64,000 nucleotides of DNA from an uncultured virus (IMG/VR IMGVR_UViG_3300037483_000643) (Duplodnaviria; Heunggongvirae; Uroviricota; Caudoviricetes), in the IMG/VR virus record IMGVR_UViG_3300037483_000643; one strand, given 5' to 3'. The position numbers were made by a program, and so were the translations under genes. A model generated the notes under the pieces. That model worked only from the letters and a program-made list of their open reading frames with translations. It had not been told where the DNA came from and made no database searches. Shown here piece after piece: positions 58,623 through 64,000 of this stretch (positions within the stretch are counted from its first letter, which is position 1; each line of letters opens with the position of its first letter).

Positions 58623-59726
58623 TCACTCCAGCTCGGCGGCTTCACTATCCTGCAAAACGTAACAGGGCTGTTGTCTACTGCCTGCCTTGATCACGCGTCC
58701 TTCATCTTCCAACACAGCAAGTGCGTCTTCGAGACGCATCCTGTTGCAGCCTACAGTTTTCGCAAACGCATTCACACCGCCAACAAACGTGCCGTTGCAC
58801 TTCTCCAACAGCGCAATGATCTTCTTTTCCAGCTTGGAGGTTGGGCGTTCGTCTACAGCCTCATCAACGCTCATTGTATCGCAAACTTCGACAGCAAGAC
58901 CGCCCTTAGGATCGTTGCCGATCTTCACGTCAGAGATCGACAAGCTGCAAATAACACCGGCTGGTGTACCTTCAATGCGCTCTTTTGGCCGCGCTACCAC
59001 GATTTGACCATCACGCGGCTCAAGCGTAAACATCGTGTTGCACGCGTCTACAAACGCTGTAGATCCACGCGAGCGGTTGCGCAGGTCATTACCACGCTCA
59101 CGTGATGGTTTACCCATGTGGTGTACAACGATACATACAGTTCCAAACTGTTCAGACAAGTGCAATAGCCTATCAAGCGGCTTTCGTGCCTCGCTAGAGT
59201 TTTCGTCTGTGTTGGGGCAAGCGCCCCGAAACGCGTCAATGATGAGAAGATCGACACCTTCACACCATCGCGCAAAATCGTCGGTGTTGCGGTTGTCGAG
59301 ATACGTTGTTGGTAATGTCTCTAGATTCAGGTTATCACCGAGATCACCTGCCAAAATGCCACGTGCGCGCGCCATTCGACGATAACGCGTGTATGTGAGA
59401 TGTTTTCCTTGTTCGTAATCGAGGTGCAGCACGCGCCCACGTCGAACAGGAAAACGGCCCCATAACGCTTGGCCTGATGCAACAGCCAACGCGAGATCTT
59501 GTAGAATAAGCGTCTTGCCTGAAAACGACTCACCTACAAACAAAACAGGTGCGCCGCGTCCGATCTTCAGATCGGGGCACAAATAGTCAACTGGATCAAG
59601 TGGTGATTCGAGAATTTCAGCCGCGCCGACGATGCGCGGCGAGAGTGCCCCTTCGACTTCCTCTACGGAGGGGACGACAGTCAGTTGCGGACGGCTGGGG
59701 GGCGTGCTAGAGTCGTTGTCATCCAT
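58623..59726 (-). CDS. AAA_25/RepA-like SF4 helicase with C-terminal wHTH
   Basis: GESFSGKT, LDYEQG, LLIIDAF, VVHHMGK, RGST. Confidence 0.8.
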   Translation of the reverse strand: MDDNDSSTPPSRPQLTVVPSVEEVEGALSPRIVGAAEILESPLDPVDYLCPDLKIGRGAPVLFVGESFSGKTLILQDLALAVASGQALWGRFPVRRGRVLHLDYEQGKHLTYTRYRRMARARGILAGDLGDNLNLETLPTTYLDNRNTDDFARWCEGVDLLIIDAFRGACPNTDENSSEARKPLDRLLHLSEQFGTVCIVVHHMGKPSRERGNDLRNRSRGSTAFVDACNTMFTLEPRDGQIVVARPKERIEGTPAGVICSLSISDVKIGNDPKGGLAVEVCDTMSVDEAVDERPTSKLEKKIIALLEKCNGTFVGGVNAFAKTVGCNRMRLEDALAVLEDEGRVIKAGSRQQPCYVLQDSEAAELE

Positions 59727-61881
59727 GGTTGTTGCCTGTGGTTAGTGGTTGGCCACGGGTGGGTCTCCGAGAAGTGCAAAGCCCCCGACCTCGCCAGCCG
59801 GGGGCTTCGCGTTTCTAGTGAAGCTTGCTCGGGTCACGGCCAAAGATCTCATCTGCGCCGTAGATCCCTTGCTCAGCGTCTTCCTGCTTCTTGATCTCCT
59901 CTGGTGATGGTGGGGGACGCTCGGCACGTGCAGCGCGTTGTGCTTCATACAGCGCCTCTTGCGCCATCTGCCGACGTGCTTCGTGCTCTAGTGACAGCAG
60001 ACGTGGATCCGCGCCTTCTCCATCCCAAGGAATCCACGCAGCGCGCGCAAACTCGTCTGCTGGGATCAGGCGCCCGACGCACGGTTCAAGATCAAGCCTG
60101 CAGTCGTTGCACTTCTCGCCGTCGCGTCGCAAGCTTTCGCCCCACACGGTGAGGCATACGGGACAGCGAAATCCGGGGTGCTGTTTCACCTGGAGTTACC
60201 CCCTAGGTTCTTCCCTCGGGCCCTTCCCTCGGGCGCGTAGACTGCCCACTATACCACCGTGACGGCTCTGTGGCGGCCCCAGGCGCCTCCAGGCGCTTCC
60301 TGCCGCCCTTCGGCGCCCCGAGACGAGGGGTGCCCGCGTACCCGCGTACCGCGCCCCACGATGCAGCGCACCCAACGCTTGCGCGTCATTTCCATCGCAG
60401 GCGGCGCGCGCTACACTCCTTCACAGCGTTGTGAAGCGGTGAAACGGAAGTACGGGAATCGTGGGACAGCGGAAGAAGCAAGAAGATGAAAGGGTGCAGC
60501 CGTGATCGTTCTATGCGCGTGGTGCCGTCAGATGTGGCGTCGTGATGCAGCAGATCCAGCCGCAGCGTGGATGGCAGTAGGCACCTCGCCGATCCCCGAT
60601 GACGGGGCGCTGTCGCACGGCATGTGCCCACGATGCTTCAAGAGAATGGAAGAGGAGGAGATCGAGCCAAGGCGCCAGCAGCGTGCGGCAGAGGTGGGGG
60701 GATCAAAGGTAGGAGAATGTCAAGCGAACCATCATCAGTGAGACAACATGCGATGAGAACCTGCATACCTACATGCCCCCGTTGCGACTCGACAGACTGC
60801 GATGTGCTGCCAGCTCCGATCGTTGATCGGTACGCATCCGATGACAAGATCATCTTCACGCATCAATGCAGAAATGAGAAGTGCGGCAAGACGCTGTTCC
60901 GCCACGTTCCGCCGGAAACGGTACAGCCGTGACGACATTCGCTGACGTCGTTGCGATCCTCGTGCTCGTGCTCGGTTGTGGTTACATCCTGACGAAGATC
61001 GGCGCGCTACTGTACGGTTTTGTTCGGTATTTCGTCATGCGCGCCCTGTGGCGACGGCGTGCAGCACGTGCGCTGCAGCGACGCGTACGCGAGCACATCC
61101 GTAGGCAGCGCGCGTTGCGCGTTGTGGGAAAGTAGTTGACAGCTTCTTCGAGTTGAGTAGTATTCACGAACAGACGCTTGCTTCACACAACGACAGAGGG
61201 AGAGCACACGATGCCAGAGAAGAGGATGTCGGCAGCTGAGAAGAAGGCGGCGATCGATGCAGCGTGGGCAGAGTACCGTGCCGCGTCCATCGCGATCCCG
61301 CTGCAGACACCGTACAGCGGCAACAGGCGCGGTGACGGCTTCTTGGAGATTGACGAGCGGCTGTGGAAGTGCTACCTCGCCGCCGAAGCGCGGATCCTTA
61401 AGTCGTAAGGGGGCTGCTCGTGCGCGGATTCCTGCCGTGGCTGCGCGAGTTGTTCTTAGGGCCACCAAAACCGCAATGTGACGTAGCGGGGTGCCACAAC
61501 GGCCCAACGCCGGCATGCGGCGCCGGACTCTGCGCATTTCATCACAGCTTGCACTGTTGTTACCACGAACCGTCAGGGCCTCGCTGCGCCTCGAAAGTTC
61601 GTGTGCTTCACATCCACGAAGGCGGACAACAGTAAGGAGACAAGATGCACAGCAACGTCATGGCTGGCCCAATGTCGCGTGAGAAGATGAAGTCGATCCA
61701 GGCGATCAACCCCCGTCCGATCATCGCCGTGCACTCGTGCATCTGCGGCCAGCGTGGGCCGCGTGCAGACATGCGCACGTGGCCACTCGTCAACATCGGC
61801 ACGCGTGAGGCGCCGCAGTACCAGTGCACGCGGTGCAACCGGATCTGCTAGCAACGAGTAGGAAGAAAGGAAAGGTCAGCG

Positions 61882-62217
61882 ATGGCCGCTCACGTTCACG
61901 AGAAGACGGAAGCGCAGCGCAAGAGGCACCGTAACAAGCCTAGCCGCAAGGCGCGGCTGGATCGTCGCCGGAAGGAGCGCGAAGACATCTTCGACGCTGC
62001 CATGACGGCGCGCGACACCGCCATAACGTTGGAGATCGATGCCAAGTCGAAGATCACGGCGAACGCGCCGCCCGATGACGTCAGCGCGGCAGTGGTGAAG
62101 GCGCGCGATGCCGAACACGCGGCGGTGGCTGCCGAGTCGAAGGCGGCCGAGCTGCGCAAGCGCCTCGACAGCTACCAGATCAACCCTGGATGTGTGGCGA
62201 CGTGGAGTCTGCTGTAG
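61882..62217 (+). CDS. basic coiled-coil hypothetical protein
   Basis: RBS AAAGG; strong codon bias. Confidence 0.5.
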   Translation: MAAHVHEKTEAQRKRHRNKPSRKARLDRRRKEREDIFDAAMTARDTAITLEIDAKSKITANAPPDDVSAAVVKARDAEHAAVAAESKAAELRKRLDSYQINPGCVATWSLL

Positions 62218-62283
62218 ACGATTCGACTGCGGCCCAGTAGACTTCACAGCCTTTGCGCACGCCGTAGGGGAGGGAAGCCCCGA

Positions 62284-64000
62284 GTGGCCCAACCGCTTTA
62301 CCGCTTCGCGCTCGCGCGCGATCTGACTCCGTTGGAGCTTGAACAGCTCCAACGAGAGGTGCCAGGCGTCGGGGTTGCTCGGGGCTCCCTCTCCACCTTG
62401 ACCGCACAGCTGAACTGTGCGTGGCTACTCGAAGATCACCTCCAGTCTAGAGCCTTCCAGTTCAAAGTCCACCCCCCACGTACCGTCGATCGTATCAAGT
62501 GGTCACAGATAGTAGAGGCTGTCCGACCTGAGATGCGCCCCACGGTGATGGACTTCGACAAGCCCTTCCCCGACTATCTGGCGCATTTCCAGGCTGTAGG
62601 AATCACGTTAGCTTTAAACGCTCCTGCCGAGTCGGAGGCGTTTCACTGGCCGTGTGGGAGTGGAAAATCGGTTGCGGCCATCAACTGGGGTCTCTTCCGG
62701 TCCGGTACGATCGTCTTCGGCACCAAGGCCGGCGCGCGGCACACGATCTACCAGGAGTTCAAGAAGTACACGACTGTCACACCCGTCGTCCTGGTACCAA
62801 AGTCGGAGCGGCGGAAGAAGGATCCCGATCCGGCAGCTGAGATCGAGCGCATCCGCGTTGAGACTGGCGAGTACCCGCGTGTGATCATCGTTGCGTGGGA
62901 GAGCCTCCCCGAGTGGATGGATCTGCTCCTCACGATTCCGATCACCAGTCTTGTGCTGGACGAGATCCACATGCTGTCGTCACACCAGCGATGGATCCGG
63001 CTGCCCAGCAACCCCGATGCGAAAGCATCGTACGAACGCCGTAACAACAGAGCCGCAGCTGTGCAACGACTTTGCGCAAATGCCAAGCGTCGTCTTGGCA
63101 TGACGGCCACGCCAGTCAAGGATCGTGTACGCGATCTGTGGGCACAGCTCGATCTCGTACATCCAAAAGCGTGGGGGCGGTTCTGGGACTTCTGCGAGCG
63201 GTACTGCAACGTCACCACTACTGCACAGGGCTACAAGGACAATCGCGGATCTTCCAACCTCGTAGAGCTGGACAAGCGCCTGGCGTTCGTCCGCCATCAC
63301 GTCGACTACAGCGTGACGCACCGCGATCTGCCGCCGAAGCGCCGCCAGGTCTTGTACATCGGAAAGGCGCAGCAAGCACGCATCGCTACTGCGGCGTTCG
63401 CTAAGGAGCTAGAGCGCGCCAAGAAGATCTCGACAAAAGCAGTGGTGGAGGTGGGCCTAGCTGCGGCTGCAGCGCGCAAGCTGCCTGTACTCTTAGATCA
63501 TGTGCGGGACAGCGTGGCGAACGGTGGCAAGGTCGTGGTCTTGACCGGACGCCACAACGACTGCGATCGATGGATCGCCGCCATCCGCAAGGAGCTGCCC
63601 AACGTCTCGGCATGGATGGCGCATGGCTCCCACGGCACATCTTTCCGAGATCAGGTGCGCATCGAATTCATGGCCCACCCCGGCCCGTGTGTCTTGGTCG
63701 GGGGTGGCGAGGCGTGGGGGGAATCGGTCTCGTTGAACACCGCCGATCTGGCCATCAATGCGCAGCTGCCGATCACGCCCAAGCAACTCTGGCAGCGTGA
63801 AGGTCGGTTCATGCGCAAGGACTCGAAGAAAGGCGTGCTCATCCTCTACCCGGTAGCAGAAGGTACCGTTGACGAGCGGCTGTCACAGATCTTGCTGTCA
63901 AAGCTGCCAGCCGTCGCTGATCTGCAGCACGATAGCGAGTTCGCACGTGCCGAGGCCGATCTGGCGTCGGGGGGCATGGACGAAGACACGATCATCAACT
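62284..64000 (+). CDS. SNF2-family helicase, 3' end beyond the window (not in ORF track)
   Basis: Translated by hand: WPCGSGKS, LVLDEIH, GMTATP..DRVRDLWAQL, QREGRFMR. Confidence 0.85.
   Translation, partial: MAQPLYRFALARDLTPLELEQLQREVPGVGVARGSLSTLTAQLNCAWLLEDHLQSRAFQFKVHPPRTVDRIKWSQIVEAVRPEMRPTVMDFDKPFPDYLAHFQAVGITLALNAPAESEAFHWPCGSGKSVAAINWGLFRSGTIVFGTKAGARHTIYQEFKKYTTVTPVVLVPKSERRKKDPDPAAEIERIRVETGEYPRVIIVAWESLPEWMDLLLTIPITSLVLDEIHMLSSHQRWIRLPSNPDAKASYERRNNRAAAVQRLCANAKRRLGMTATPVKDRVRDLWAQLDLVHPKAWGRFWDFCERYCNVTTTAQGYKDNRGSSNLVELDKRLAFVRHHVDYSVTHRDLPPKRRQVLYIGKAQQARIATAAFAKELERAKKISTKAVVEVGLAAAAARKLPVLLDHVRDSVANGGKVVVLTGRHNDCDRWIAAIRKELPNVSAWMAHGSHGTSFRDQVRIEFMAHPGPCVLVGGGEAWGESVSLNTADLAINAQLPITPKQLWQREGRFMRKDSKKGVLILYPVAEGTVDERLSQILLSKLPAVADLQHDSEFARAEADLASGGMDEDTIIN

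Noticed and set aside
1..64000. CRISPR array, tRNA or rRNA genes
   Set aside because: No regularly spaced repeat-spacer units or cloverleaf/rRNA signatures seen by eye; tRNAscan was not run
1..64000. Stop-codon reassignment, prompted by frequent CTAG/TAG
   Set aside because: Long conserved genes are intact in the standard code and many end in TAG at sensible positions

Overview
The whole window reads as most of one GC-rich dsDNA virus or plasmid-prophage genome, with no host housekeeping genes. The host is probably a myxobacterium (Myxococcota): the window has a CdbA/TIGR04563-like RHH protein, a stand-alone sigma54 activator and a Cys-rich lipoprotein. The + strand arm (about 60.5 kb to >64 kb, then 1 to 25.4 kb) carries replication and regulation genes: SNF2 helicase, Sak4-like ATPase with an SSB-like partner, a histone-fold protein, an adenine MTase, a GNAT, a UDG-PolA fusion, a Rad50/SMC-like ATPase, UvrD with Zn ribbons, a TopoVI-A-like protein, glycosyltransferases, a bEBP and a sigma factor. 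A Cre-like recombinase sits on the opposite strand within this arm. The - strand arm (about 60.2 to 25.4 kb) has an AAA_25 helicase next to a candidate origin, then a large virion module. I recognise no terminase, portal, HK97 capsid or tail gene in it. Instead it encodes a probable single jelly-roll major capsid protein, three paralogous tandem-jelly-roll-like proteins, a transglutaminase-like Cys protease, many membrane-anchored proteins sharing a (F/L/Y)-G-x motif, several signal-peptide-bearing spike-like proteins and two families of very basic Cys-paired proteins. This suggests an unusually large tailless, membrane-containing virus. All family assignments come from motif recognition by eye; no searches were run.
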